Of a stretch of DNA of 64,000 bases, positions 46,848 through 56,985 are shown in pieces. This stretch comes from Alphaproteobacteria bacterium. Its GTDB lineage: Bacteria; Pseudomonadota; Alphaproteobacteria; RF32; CAG-239. The position numbers and the translations under genes were made by a program. How positions within the stretch are numbered: the stretch's first letter is position 1; each line of letters starts with the position of its first letter. The stretch lies in assembly GCA_045643605.1 (NCBI GenBank), contig JAZULC010000021.1, forward strand, positions 6,465-70,464, given 5' to 3'. The notes below the pieces were generated by a model. That model was not told where the DNA came from, searched no databases, and was given only the letters and a program-made list of their open reading frames with translations.

Positions 46848-48995
46848 ATGTTAAGACAATATGAGCTTGTTGATTTAGTAAAGTCTTATGATCCGAATGC
46901 AGATGAAGATGCATTAAACAGAGCCTATGTTTTTGCAATGAAAAAACATGGCGGGCAGTTGCGTGCATCAGGAGATCCTTACTATTCTCATCCTGTTGAA
47001 GTTGCAGGTATTCTTACAAAGTTTAAATTAGATAGCGCATCAATAATTGCAGGTTTGTTGCATGATACTGTGGAAGATACAGAAACTACAGTTGAAGAAG
47101 TAAGAACATTGTTTGGTGAGCAGGTAGCAAATATTGTTGATGGATTGACTAAAATTGCAGTAATTGAACAAAAATCAGGTAATAGTAAACAGGCGGAAAA
47201 TTTTCGTAAATTATTGTTAGCAATGTCCGGCGATATCAGGGTGTTATTGATAAAGCTTGCAGACAGATTACATAATATGCGTACTTTGCATTTTTGTCCC
47301 CCTGAAAAGAGACAACGTATTGCTCGTGAAACTCTGGATATATATGCACCTCTGGCTGAAAGAATCGGCCTGCAGGAAGTAAAAATAGAGTTAGAAGAAA
47401 TTGCTTTTGCTGAATTATATAAAGAAGCGCACGATTCAATTGTTGCTCGTTTGAATTTCTTGAGAGAGCAAGGGAGCAATCTGGTTCCGCAAATTATTTC
47501 TCAACTTGAAAAAGATATGGAAGAAAATGGTGTTAAAGCTGTTGTTACCGGAAGAGAAAAATCTCCATATTCAATTTGGAATAAAATGCAACGTAAAAAT
47601 GCTTCATTTGAGCAACTTGCAGATATTATGGCTTTTAGAATTTGTGTTGATACAGTGGCGACTTGTTATCAAGTATTAGGTATTATTCATAGCAAGTATC
47701 ATATGATGCCTCGCAGATTTAAAGACTATATTTCAACTCCGAAGCCAAATGGTTATCAATCAATCCATACAGGTGTTATCGGACCTTGTAATACACGTGT
47801 TGAGATACAAATCAGAACACATGAAATGCATGAAATCAGTGAAAAAGGGGTTGCAGCACATTGGGCATATAAGGAAGGTGTTAAGGTAGAAGGAAAAAAT
47901 TTCCGTTGGTTGAGAGAATTATTAGAAATTCTTGAACAGGCATCAAATCCTGAAGAATTTTTAGAAAATACTAAACTTGAAATGTATAATGATCAAATTT
48001 TCTGCTTTACACCAAAAGGAGATTTAATAGGACTTCCTATTGGATCAACTCCTGTTGATTTTGCATATGCAGTGCACTCAAAGGTCGGTAATACATGCGT
48101 AGGTTCAAAAATAAACGGAGAAATAAGACCGTTAAGAACAGTTCTTCAAAATGGTGATCAAGTTGAAATTTTAACATCAAAAGCACAACATCCGTCAACA
48201 GAATGGGATAGATTCGTTGTTACTGGTAAAGCAAAAGCTGCAATCAGGCGTTATGTCAGAGCTAATAAACGTTTGCAATTTATTGCGTTAGGTAAAGAAA
48301 TTATAGAAAGACTATTCAAAGGTGAAAATTTAGAATTTTCAGAAAAAGACGTTGTAAGTCATTTAGGAACTTTTGCCGCAGAAACATTAGATGATGTTTA
48401 TGCAAAAGTCGGAGAAGGGTTAATTACCGGTTGGGATGTATTAAGAGCATTGCATCCTTCATATAAACAATCTAAAATCGGTAAGGTTATCAGTACTATT
48501 ACACCTTCGTCCGTCAAAGCAGATATTAAAAAAGTTAAGAAAAAAGGTAATCCTATTGAAATAAAAGGCTTGATTCCTGGAATGGCTGTCCATTTTGCAG
48601 GTTGTTGTCATCCATTGCCGGGAGATAGAATTGTTGGAATTGTAACAACAGGCAAGGGTGTAGCTGTTCATACAATTACTTGTAAAATGTTGAAAAAATA
48701 TGCCTCAGAACCAGAACGATGGCTTGATATTGAATGGGATGAAAAATCTGAAACAGAAAAATATGTTGGTCGCTTAAAAGTTATGTTAAATAACGAAACA
48801 GGAGCGTTAGCAGAGTTATCAAATTTAATTGCCAGACATAATGCAAATATTGCAAATCTGCATATTATATATCGCGCTTCTACATATTATGAATTATTGC
48901 TTGATCTTGAAGTTAAAGATGTCAATCAATTGTTGGAAATTATCGCTGTTCTTAAAAATGCTAAAGAAGTCGGATATGTTGAGCGTACGACATAA
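46848..48995 (+). CDS. spoT: bifunctional (p)ppGpp synthetase/hydrolase, RelA/SpoT family
   Basis: The start is chosen at MLRQYELVDLVKSYDP (ATG 46848; the track ORF opens at 46794). HD domain: YYSHPVEVA, LLHDTVEDT. Synthetase: KSPYSIWNKM, GYQSIHT. TGS and ACT regions are present. Confidence 0.9.
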   Translation: MLRQYELVDLVKSYDPNADEDALNRAYVFAMKKHGGQLRASGDPYYSHPVEVAGILTKFKLDSASIIAGLLHDTVEDTETTVEEVRTLFGEQVANIVDGLTKIAVIEQKSGNSKQAENFRKLLLAMSGDIRVLLIKLADRLHNMRTLHFCPPEKRQRIARETLDIYAPLAERIGLQEVKIELEEIAFAELYKEAHDSIVARLNFLREQGSNLVPQIISQLEKDMEENGVKAVVTGREKSPYSIWNKMQRKNASFEQLADIMAFRICVDTVATCYQVLGIIHSKYHMMPRRFKDYISTPKPNGYQSIHTGVIGPCNTRVEIQIRTHEMHEISEKGVAAHWAYKEGVKVEGKNFRWLRELLEILEQASNPEEFLENTKLEMYNDQIFCFTPKGDLIGLPIGSTPVDFAYAVHSKVGNTCVGSKINGEIRPLRTVLQNGDQVEILTSKAQHPSTEWDRFVVTGKAKAAIRRYVRANKRLQFIALGKEIIERLFKGENLEFSEKDVVSHLGTFAAETLDDVYAKVGEGLITGWDVLRALHPSYKQSKIGKVISTITPSSVKADIKKVKKKGNPIEIKGLIPGMAVHFAGCCHPLPGDRIVGIVTTGKGVAVHTITCKMLKKYASEPERWLDIEWDEKSETEKYVGRLKVMLNNETGALAELSNLIARHNANIANLHIIYRASTYYELLLDLEVKDVNQLLEIIAVLKNAKEVGYVERTT

Positions 48996-49023
48996 TCACA
49001 GATGATAATTATTGGAAAGAAAA

Positions 49024-49416
49024 ATGATATATGGAATTGGTACAGATTTAGCAAAAATAAGCCGTTTTGAAAAGAATTTACAGCATCTGATGAAAAGATG
49101 TTTAAGCGAAGCAGAAATTGCAGAAATAAATAATTTACAGAGTGGTCATGTAAATTCTATGGCGAAACGATTTGCAGCAAAAGAAGCATTTGTAAAAGCT
49201 CTGGGATGTGGCTTTCGTAAAGGAATATATTTACGTCAAATTCAGGTTTTACACAAAGAAAACGGCGCTCCGTATATTGAACTCTGCGGGCAGGCAAAAA
49301 AATATTTTGAGCAAATTACAAATAATGAAAAATCGTGTATTTTTGTATCCTTGAGTGATGATGGTGAATATGCGCAAGCCTTTGTCGTTATTGAAAAATA
49401 TAGTTGCGAATTATAA
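49024..49416 (+). CDS. acpS: holo-[acyl-carrier-protein] synthase
   Basis: MIYGIGTDLAKISRF, FAAKEAFVKALG, and SLSDDGEYAQAFVVIE. Confidence 0.85.
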   Translation: MIYGIGTDLAKISRFEKNLQHLMKRCLSEAEIAEINNLQSGHVNSMAKRFAAKEAFVKALGCGFRKGIYLRQIQVLHKENGAPYIELCGQAKKYFEQITNNEKSCIFVSLSDDGEYAQAFVVIEKYSCEL

Positions 49417-49462
49417 AAAAGTGTCTAATATACGATAAAATCGTAATAATGAGGAATTAAAT

Positions 49463-50209
49463 ATGCAGAAAAAAGCAAATGATGTGCAAACAGAAAGTAT
49501 CACAGATACTGTTAAGACAGTGTTGTTAGCAATTTTAGTTGCGCTTTTTATAAGGTCATTATTTTTTGAACCATTTAGAATACCATCAGGTTCAATGTAT
49601 CCTACACTTAAAGTAGGAGATTTTTTGTTTGTTTCAAAATACAGTTACGGATATTCAAGACATTCTTTCCCTTTCAGCATACCTTTAGTTCCAGGAAGAG
49701 TGCTATATTCTGAGCCTAAAAGAGGTGATGTCGTTGTATTTAAATTTCCGAAAGATAATAAAACTGATTATATAAAGCGTGTTATCGGATTGCCCGGAGA
49801 TAAAATAAAACTTGAAAAAGGAATTGTTTTTATCAATGGAGAAGAAGTTAAACGAGAGGCTCAAGATACGTATGTAATTTTTGATGATATCAGTAATATG
49901 GGGACATATAAGCAATACCAAGAAACCTTGCCAAACGGTGTAAAATATAATGTTCTGGATTTGTCGGATTCTGCTCCGTTGGATAATATGGCAGAAACAA
50001 TTGTTCCTGAAAATCACTTTTTTATGATGGGTGATAATCGTGATCGTTCTGATGACAGTAGAAAAGATGTCGGATTTGTGCCACGAGAAAATTTGGTAGG
50101 AAGAGCCAGATTTTTGTTCTTTTCTTATGGAGATAACGGAGAATGGTATAACCCGTTTACTTGGAACAGAAAAATACGTTGGAACAGATTTTTTAATGTA
50201 ATAAAATAG
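49463..50209 (+). CDS. lepB: signal peptidase I
   Basis: 248 aa. Motifs: IPSGSMYPTL, GDVVVFKFP, YIKRVIGLPGD, MMGDNRDRSDDSR. Confidence 0.9.
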   Translation: MQKKANDVQTESITDTVKTVLLAILVALFIRSLFFEPFRIPSGSMYPTLKVGDFLFVSKYSYGYSRHSFPFSIPLVPGRVLYSEPKRGDVVVFKFPKDNKTDYIKRVIGLPGDKIKLEKGIVFINGEEVKREAQDTYVIFDDISNMGTYKQYQETLPNGVKYNVLDLSDSAPLDNMAETIVPENHFFMMGDNRDRSDDSRKDVGFVPRENLVGRARFLFFSYGDNGEWYNPFTWNRKIRWNRFFNVIK

Positions 50210-50217
50210 GTAATATT

Positions 50218-50886
50218 ATGCAAAGTCCAGAAGAACTTATCGGTTATACTTTTAAAAATAAAAATCTTTTAAAACAAGCTCTTACGCATAGTAGTTGTAC
50301 AGCGGATATCCATAAAAATTATGAGCGTTTAGAATTTTTCGGTGATAAAATTTTAGGATTTTGCATTGCGCAAATGTTATTTGAAAAATTCATTGATGAA
50401 CCTGAAGGAAATTTATCAATGAGATATACTTCTCTTGTTTGTAAAGAGGCTGTATCAGATGTTGTAAGAAAGCTGGGTGTTGATAAATATGTAATTATTG
50501 CTAATGAAGAAATTCGTGATAGCGATAATGTGTTATGCGATATCGGTGAGGCTATAATAGGGGCTATATGTATAGATTCTTCTGTTGAAAGTGCTATGAA
50601 ATTTATACAAGATAATTGGAATGATATGCTTGAAAAATACAAAAAAGCACCAAAAGATTCAAAAAGTATGTTGCAAGAAGTTGCACATGATTTAAAATTT
50701 CCGACACCTGTTTATTCAGTAGTTGAAAAAAGCGGTTCCGAGCATTTACCTGTGTTTACTATAAAAGTAACCTTAGGTGATAAAAAGCAGGCATTAGGAA
50801 AAGGGCAAAATAAAAAGAATGCAGAGCAAGATGCTGCAACGCAAATGTTGGAAATGTTAGGAGTTCATAATGAATTCCGACAATAA
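50218..50886 (+). CDS. rnc: ribonuclease III
   Basis: 222 aa. Motifs: NYERLEFFGDKILG and GEAIIGAI. The C-terminal dsRBD reads (KSMLQE...PVFTIKV...GKGQNKKNAEQDAA). Confidence 0.9.
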   Translation: MQSPEELIGYTFKNKNLLKQALTHSSCTADIHKNYERLEFFGDKILGFCIAQMLFEKFIDEPEGNLSMRYTSLVCKEAVSDVVRKLGVDKYVIIANEEIRDSDNVLCDIGEAIIGAICIDSSVESAMKFIQDNWNDMLEKYKKAPKDSKSMLQEVAHDLKFPTPVYSVVEKSGSEHLPVFTIKVTLGDKKQALGKGQNKKNAEQDAATQMLEMLGVHNEFRQ

Positions 50887-51787
50887 TAATGCAACTATAA
50901 CAAGATGTGGTTTTGTGGCGCTTATAGGCGCACCTAATGCAGGAAAATCTACACTTACAAATGATTTTGTAGGTTCTAAAGTTTCTATAGTATCTTCTAA
51001 AATTCAAACTACCAGAACACAAGTAAAGGGTATAGGTATCTATGAAAATACACAAATAATTTTGCTTGATACTCCGGGGATTTTTAAGCCTAAACGTCGC
51101 CTTGACAGGTCAATGGTATTTTCGGCGTGGGGCAGTGTTAAAGATGCGGATATTATTGTGTTGCTTGTAGATGCAAAACGAGGCTATGATAACGAAACAA
51201 AAGATATTGTTAAAAATTTGGCAAATATCAAGCAAACAGTTGTGTTAGTATTAAATAAAATTGATCTTGTTAAAAAAGAAGATTTGTTGCATCTGACTAA
51301 AGAACTGAATGACGATTATAATTTTTCGGAAACATTCATGATTTCTGCAATGGAAAGTTATGATGTTGATAAATTGTATAAATATTTAGCAGATAACTTA
51401 CCGATTTCTCCGTGGTATTATCCGGAAGATCAAATATCAGATATGCCGTTAAAACTGCTGACTGCAGAGATTGTCAGGGAAAAATTGTTTACATATTTGC
51501 ATCAAGAATTGCCTTATGCCATAACTGTAGAACCGGAATTATGGGAACATAGACCTGATGGCTCTATAAGGGCAGAAATGACTATTTATGTAGAAAAGGA
51601 AAATCAAAAAGTTATAGTTCTTGGTAAAGGTGGAACGATGATAAAGAGAATAGGGCAGATGGCACGAAAAGAAATTGAGGACTTGTTAGAAGAAAGAATA
51701 CATCTTTTCCTGTTTGTTAAAGTTCGTGAAAATTGGGAAAATGATCCGGCAAGATACGAGGATTGGGGTTTAAAATTTAATGTATAG
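50870..51787 (+). CDS. era: GTPase Era
   Basis: 305 aa. Motifs: GAPNAGKSTL, DTPG, NKID. The KH domain reads (VEKENQKVIVLGKGGTMIKRIG). It overlaps the rnc 3' end by 17 nt. Confidence 0.9.
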   Translation: MNSDNNNATITRCGFVALIGAPNAGKSTLTNDFVGSKVSIVSSKIQTTRTQVKGIGIYENTQIILLDTPGIFKPKRRLDRSMVFSAWGSVKDADIIVLLVDAKRGYDNETKDIVKNLANIKQTVVLVLNKIDLVKKEDLLHLTKELNDDYNFSETFMISAMESYDVDKLYKYLADNLPISPWYYPEDQISDMPLKLLTAEIVREKLFTYLHQELPYAITVEPELWEHRPDGSIRAEMTIYVEKENQKVIVLGKGGTMIKRIGQMARKEIEDLLEERIHLFLFVKVRENWENDPARYEDWGLKFNV

Positions 51788-52784
51788 TCCGAATTTTTTT
51801 TGTATGCCCGCCAAAATCTATTCCTATGGTACGTCCGATTGAAATAATTTTTTCTGATACAGAATTATAACAATTTTTCATCAAATCTTCGGAATGAGGT
51901 TTATTCGGATAAAGTTCATAGTATTTTGCATATGTCGTATCTGTAATATTAGGCATAATAACATTTGCACCGGACTGTAATGCGAGCAGTTGGCCGTTTG
52001 TGTGTAAAGCTTCCATAGCAGTAGTTGCAGGAATATTTATATCTTCTAATAAAATTCTCATTATAGCCATAGTCCTTAATGAAAGCTCAAAAGTTCCGCC
52101 CTTTTCATTGGCAAGAGGTGTTTCTTTATGCGGAATAAACGGACCGATACCGGCCATATCTACGCCTATATTTTGTAAAAAAATTAAATCATTAGCAATA
52201 GACGAAATACTTTGATTTGGCAGACCAACCATAATGCCGGAACCAAGTTCATATCCGAGTTCTTTGATATTCATCAGGCATCTGTAACGATTATCCCAAG
52301 ACATTTGAGGATCAAGTTTATGATATAAATCTTTATCTGTTGTTTCTATGCGTAGTAAATATCTGTCGGCACCGGCATCTTTATATGCCTTGTATTCATT
52401 ATAAGATTTTTCTCCGATACTTAATGTTACAGCCATATTGAATGATTTTATTTTTTCAATAATTTCACATAGAGTTTTTGTTGTATGACAGTTATTTTCA
52501 CCGGATTGTAAGACGATAGTTTTGAAACCTACATCAGATGCTTTTTTTGCCGTAACAATAATTTCTTGAGCATTCATACAATAGCGCTGAATATTCTGAT
52601 TATTTTTGCGAATACCACAATAAAGACAGCTGTTGTGGCATATATTAGAAAATTCAATGAGGCCTCGTAAATGAACAGCATCACCTACAAATTTTTTTCT
52701 GACTTTGTCTGCCCGCAAAAACAAGTTTTGTTGTTGTTTTTCGTCTGTCAGTAAATTGATAATTTCGTCTTTTTCTAAATTCAT
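51777..52784 (-). CDS. radical SAM protein of the HydE / BioB-like subfamily
   Basis: 335 aa. The motif CHNSCLYCGIRKNN is a CX3CX2C cluster. The protein is colinear, as far as I recall that family, with [FeFe]-hydrogenase maturase HydE sequences (LRGLIEFSN..C.YCG.R..N; TIVLQSGE; GADRYLLR.ET; GIGPFIPH..TPLA; NIPATTAM; GANVIMPN). Confidence 0.65.
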   Translation of the reverse strand: MNLEKDEIINLLTDEKQQQNLFLRADKVRKKFVGDAVHLRGLIEFSNICHNSCLYCGIRKNNQNIQRYCMNAQEIIVTAKKASDVGFKTIVLQSGENNCHTTKTLCEIIEKIKSFNMAVTLSIGEKSYNEYKAYKDAGADRYLLRIETTDKDLYHKLDPQMSWDNRYRCLMNIKELGYELGSGIMVGLPNQSISSIANDLIFLQNIGVDMAGIGPFIPHKETPLANEKGGTFELSLRTMAIMRILLEDINIPATTAMEALHTNGQLLALQSGANVIMPNITDTTYAKYYELYPNKPHSEDLMKNCYNSVSEKIISIGRTIGIDFGGHTKKIRTIH

Positions 52785-52903
52785 AATGGCAGTATATATT
52801 TTTTTTTGTCAAATACAAGTTTATTTTATAAAAAAATCTTTACAATAATAAAAAAATCTTTTATTATTGACAAAAATAGAACATCTTATTAGGGAGACTT
52901 ATA

Positions 52904-55900
52904 ATGAATAGAGCTGAATATCTTACTGCAGTAGAAAATAATGATACAGAAGTCGTAGATAATTTGACAAATATGGATAATAAAGAGTTTATTTCCTTAT
53001 ATAATGAGTTTAGTGAAAAAAATAAAGATGTTGCATATACTGAACGTACGGAATCTTATAACACTGCCAGATATTTCCTTGATAATGCACGTGTAGAAAA
53101 AATAAACAAATTAAGAAATAATATTAAAGAATTAAATGCAGACGAACTTGGTGATTTAGAATATTTGCTCGGTAATGATGTGCAAAGTAGCGAAATCAGT
53201 GGTCTCTCTCAACTTCGTGAAGATTTGAAAAAACGCAAAGAAGAATTAGCTGTACAAAATATTGCCCCTAATACACAAGAAAATAATGTAGAAGAAAATG
53301 CTGATGACGATTCGCCAAAGGCAGATGAAAATACTAAAGAGAATTCTGATCATCCTGCAGAAGCTGATGAACCTATAATATCTGAAGAAGAATATAATGC
53401 GTCAATAGATTCTGACTTTGGTCTTGAAGATGGAGTTTTACAACCTGCAGAGGTTATTGAACAAAATCTTGATAATATGGATGATATGCCTTCAGATGAC
53501 GTTCTATTTGAAAGAAATGTAGCTGAAGAAAAGTTAGTTGATCCGGCCGATTCTAAAAAATTAACAAAGATAGCAGCAACAATAAATGCAGCTAAAGAGA
53601 AAAATAAAAAACCGTCGTTATCAATAGAAGATATTGCTTCTGCTTTGCAATCTGATGAGTTGTCTCCGGAATATAAAGAAGAGTTATTAGATTTAGCATT
53701 TAATAAGGTAAAAAATACAACAAATCTAAAACAAGAATCTTTTGCAAATTTTGAGTATTTGTTGGGGGCTTTGCAAGAATATAATCAAGGTGATGCTAAA
53801 ACAAAAGCTGTCCTTGATAAAAAAGCAAAATTTTTAGAAACGAAGCGTGCTGATTATATAAAAAGTTGCCCTCTTAAAAATGCAGAGTTTCAAGAAATTG
53901 CCAATGTTATGGATAATATTGAAATCAAAGGTAAATTACAAACATTCGGTAGAGAAACTTTAGATGCTAAAGAAAAACAGAATCTCATGGATTCTTTTAT
54001 GGCAAGTGTTAGAGAAGATACAAATATGTATCTTGCTAATACGGCTAATCCTGTAACACAAGAAATGTTTGAGAAAGAGTATGCAAATCGTTTAAGATCT
54101 GCTCTATTTGAGATAACCACAGCTGATGCTATCAATAAAGGCAATATGACCTCAAAAGATTTAGAAAAGAGATTTTCTGCACTTTCAAATGCAGGTCAAG
54201 GTGGAAAAATTAGCATCAATCAAGATGCTATGATTTCATATTTGGCAACTCATAGCGTTAGAAGAGAAAATGCAGCTGAACGTCTTGGTTCTAAAGACGG
54301 ATATAAAAATATAGCAGAACGTTTTTCTCAAAGATTAAAGAAAGTGGATGAGTTTATTGGCAATAAAATAGGTAAAGAAAGATATGAAGGGGCAAAAAAG
54401 ATAGTTGGAGCTGTTCTCAAATCAAGTGCTTGGTCTTTTGCTTATGGTGTTGGAGCTGCTGTTGCACCTGTAGGACTGGCTGTTGTTTCCGCAGCGAGAA
54501 TAGTTTGTTCTGTACGTGGTATAAGAAAAGAATTTGAAAAAGAAAAAGCTCAAAATCCTGATATGAAATTTTTTAGAGATTATTTAAAAAATCATAAAGG
54601 TCAGTTGATAACAACTACTTTAACAGCTGTTGCCGGTGTTGGAAGTCTTGGATTTCTTTCAGAAGCAATGTTAACAACTGTTAATTATTCAAGAGCCGCT
54701 ACAGGTTTGGGGTTAGCAGTTACATCAGCATGGGGACCTTTAAAAACAGAGCTGTCTAAGGCAGAAGGATGGAAAAATAAGCTTAAGGTAATTGCAAAAA
54801 TGGCGGCTCCTACGCTAGCTGCTTTTGGTGCAGGTATTGCTACCGGACATTTTGTGCATGGACTTATTGATTCTAATACAGCTTTAGAAAATGCTAATAC
54901 TTCAATAAGTAATGATAATGCAAATTCTAATGTAGTGCATACTAATACACCTGATTCTACCAATACCCAATCAAACTTAGATGATATTTTGTTATTCAAT
55001 AAAAATGCAGAAGAACAACATAGTTGGTTTAAATTTGGTTCGCAAAATGGAAATGAAGAAGGTCACGATATTCAGGCTCCATTAAAAGATGAACAAGCTA
55101 CTCAAGAGTTTAGAGCAGAGCAGTCAGCTTTAAATGATAAAACAATGGATATTAAGATTAAGATGGAACCTTGGGCTCTTAAAGCAGAATTGGAAAGTCA
55201 AGGGTTTGATGTAGATAAAGCTTTTGCAGATTTGGGTATGGAAGGAAAAGATCCTACGTCTGCTAATATGCAAACCTTATATGATGCCTTAAAAAATCAT
55301 GATGAGAGATTGTTCAATGATGCAAATCTTAATGCAGATAAACTCCAGGAAACTATGTTGGCTGATGCCAAAGATGATTTCCATTCTTGGAGAGATGCAG
55401 ATGGTAAGTTACATTCTAATTATAATGAAGGTCATCAACCTGTTCATCAAGAAAGTGCTCATCAGGAAAATGAAGTCCTTAATAATGAAAACGGCCAGGA
55501 AACTCCTCATCAACCTAATTTAGGACCTGTCGGGGAATACGGAGATTCTGGTGGACATACGAGTATAAGCTATAACAATGGTCAGATTCTTGATGAAAAT
55601 AGAAGTCAAATCGGTGAATTTTCTCTTTCTCTTGGTGATGAATTTGGAGATAAGACGTGTGTTGCTTTTGAAGAACAATATTCTCCTGATGGAGATTACC
55701 TTGGCAATGTTATTGCCATTCAGAATTCTGATGGAACATTTGATAAATTTTCATTTGATGCTGATGGCAATTTAGAGGGTTATTGTAAGCAAGATGATTA
55801 TTCTCTGAGGTGGTCAAATAGTATAGCTGATCATCCTGGAGAACAAGATCTTGAAGATGCGAAATGTATGTCAGAAGTTGTTTCTCGCCAGATGCATAGT

Positions 55901-56938
55901 GCTATGGATAATAATCCAGAAAATGATTTATCTAATACCATAGAAAATTCACATCAGGAAGAACAGCATATTGAACAAACTAACGAACAACCTGAACATC
56001 AATTCGGTGATCGTATGTATGGATTGAAGTCACATAAAGAATATGATTTCAATAATATGCAACATTCAGATGAAAATATAAACAAGCTGTGTGAAACTTT
56101 GCCTGAAGAAAGTCGCGATAGTTTTATGGCTGCAATTGAAAAGGCTAGAGCTGATGGTACAAAAATCGGTATTGAATCGTATCAAGATGGCAGTCATAAA
56201 TTTTATAATTATGATGCCGAGAATGATTCTTGGATAGAAGCAAAGCCAGATAATACACATATTGAAGATCAAAATTCTATTGTAGACCAATCTGTAAATC
56301 CAACTGTGGCGGCACATCCAGAAGATGACAATTTGCACCAAGAAGGCAATCATCTTGAAGAAAAAGTTGAGCCGGAAGTTACGGTTTCGCCTTTACAAGA
56401 AAACGATTCTCATCAATTAAATATTACTCCTGAAGAAAAAGATAATGCAACACCGCAACAAACCAACGAAGATAAAGCATCTCATCATGAAGATCTTACT
56501 ACGACACCTGATGTACATACTACTAAAGATGGTATTACTTATAGCTATGATGATAAAGGACATATGCTTATGCAGGGAAAAGTATCAGGTAGTGTTGATG
56601 ATTTGAAGCCATCAATCACATATGATGAAGCAACTCAGACTTATCATTATGGACCTATAGCAAGCAAAAATCTTAGTACTATTACCAATCATCCATGTGA
56701 TGTTATGTTAAGAAATATTAAGGTTTCTGATTCCATTTATCAAGATATGCAAATAAGACAAGCAGGAGGTGAAACTTTGTCTCAAAATGATCTTAATTTT
56801 ATGAAAGGTCACGAAACAATGTTGAGTAAGTGGTCATTATCTCATGATGACAAAGGAAACTTAATTCAAACTCAGCCTCCTTTAAGAATGGAAACAAATA
56901 CACCAATGCATTTATACAATAAAGGTGGTGGCAGATAG
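52904..56938 (+). CDS. giant acidic ORFan protein with a central hydrophobic helix cluster (candidate effector)
   Basis: 1344-aa uninterrupted ORF with GGGAG upstream and no signal peptide. The N-terminal third is acidic. Three to four hydrophobic helices lie at about nt 54390-54870 (e.g. AWSFAYGVGAAVAPVGLAVVSAARIV; MAAPTLAAFGAGIATGHFVHGLI). The C-terminal half is rich in His/Gln/Glu/Asp/Asn. Confidence 0.55.
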   Translation: MNRAEYLTAVENNDTEVVDNLTNMDNKEFISLYNEFSEKNKDVAYTERTESYNTARYFLDNARVEKINKLRNNIKELNADELGDLEYLLGNDVQSSEISGLSQLREDLKKRKEELAVQNIAPNTQENNVEENADDDSPKADENTKENSDHPAEADEPIISEEEYNASIDSDFGLEDGVLQPAEVIEQNLDNMDDMPSDDVLFERNVAEEKLVDPADSKKLTKIAATINAAKEKNKKPSLSIEDIASALQSDELSPEYKEELLDLAFNKVKNTTNLKQESFANFEYLLGALQEYNQGDAKTKAVLDKKAKFLETKRADYIKSCPLKNAEFQEIANVMDNIEIKGKLQTFGRETLDAKEKQNLMDSFMASVREDTNMYLANTANPVTQEMFEKEYANRLRSALFEITTADAINKGNMTSKDLEKRFSALSNAGQGGKISINQDAMISYLATHSVRRENAAERLGSKDGYKNIAERFSQRLKKVDEFIGNKIGKERYEGAKKIVGAVLKSSAWSFAYGVGAAVAPVGLAVVSAARIVCSVRGIRKEFEKEKAQNPDMKFFRDYLKNHKGQLITTTLTAVAGVGSLGFLSEAMLTTVNYSRAATGLGLAVTSAWGPLKTELSKAEGWKNKLKVIAKMAAPTLAAFGAGIATGHFVHGLIDSNTALENANTSISNDNANSNVVHTNTPDSTNTQSNLDDILLFNKNAEEQHSWFKFGSQNGNEEGHDIQAPLKDEQATQEFRAEQSALNDKTMDIKIKMEPWALKAELESQGFDVDKAFADLGMEGKDPTSANMQTLYDALKNHDERLFNDANLNADKLQETMLADAKDDFHSWRDADGKLHSNYNEGHQPVHQESAHQENEVLNNENGQETPHQPNLGPVGEYGDSGGHTSISYNNGQILDENRSQIGEFSLSLGDEFGDKTCVAFEEQYSPDGDYLGNVIAIQNSDGTFDKFSFDADGNLEGYCKQDDYSLRWSNSIADHPGEQDLEDAKCMSEVVSRQMHSAMDNNPENDLSNTIENSHQEEQHIEQTNEQPEHQFGDRMYGLKSHKEYDFNNMQHSDENINKLCETLPEESRDSFMAAIEKARADGTKIGIESYQDGSHKFYNYDAENDSWIEAKPDNTHIEDQNSIVDQSVNPTVAAHPEDDNLHQEGNHLEEKVEPEVTVSPLQENDSHQLNITPEEKDNATPQQTNEDKASHHEDLTTTPDVHTTKDGITYSYDDKGHMLMQGKVSGSVDDLKPSITYDEATQTYHYGPIASKNLSTITNHPCDVMLRNIKVSDSIYQDMQIRQAGGETLSQNDLNFMKGHETMLSKWSLSHDDKGNLIQTQPPLRMETNTPMHLYNKGGGR

Positions 56939-56985
56939 TTTTATCAGAAGTGATAAATTGGATTATATTTTGATAGCTTTTTGTT

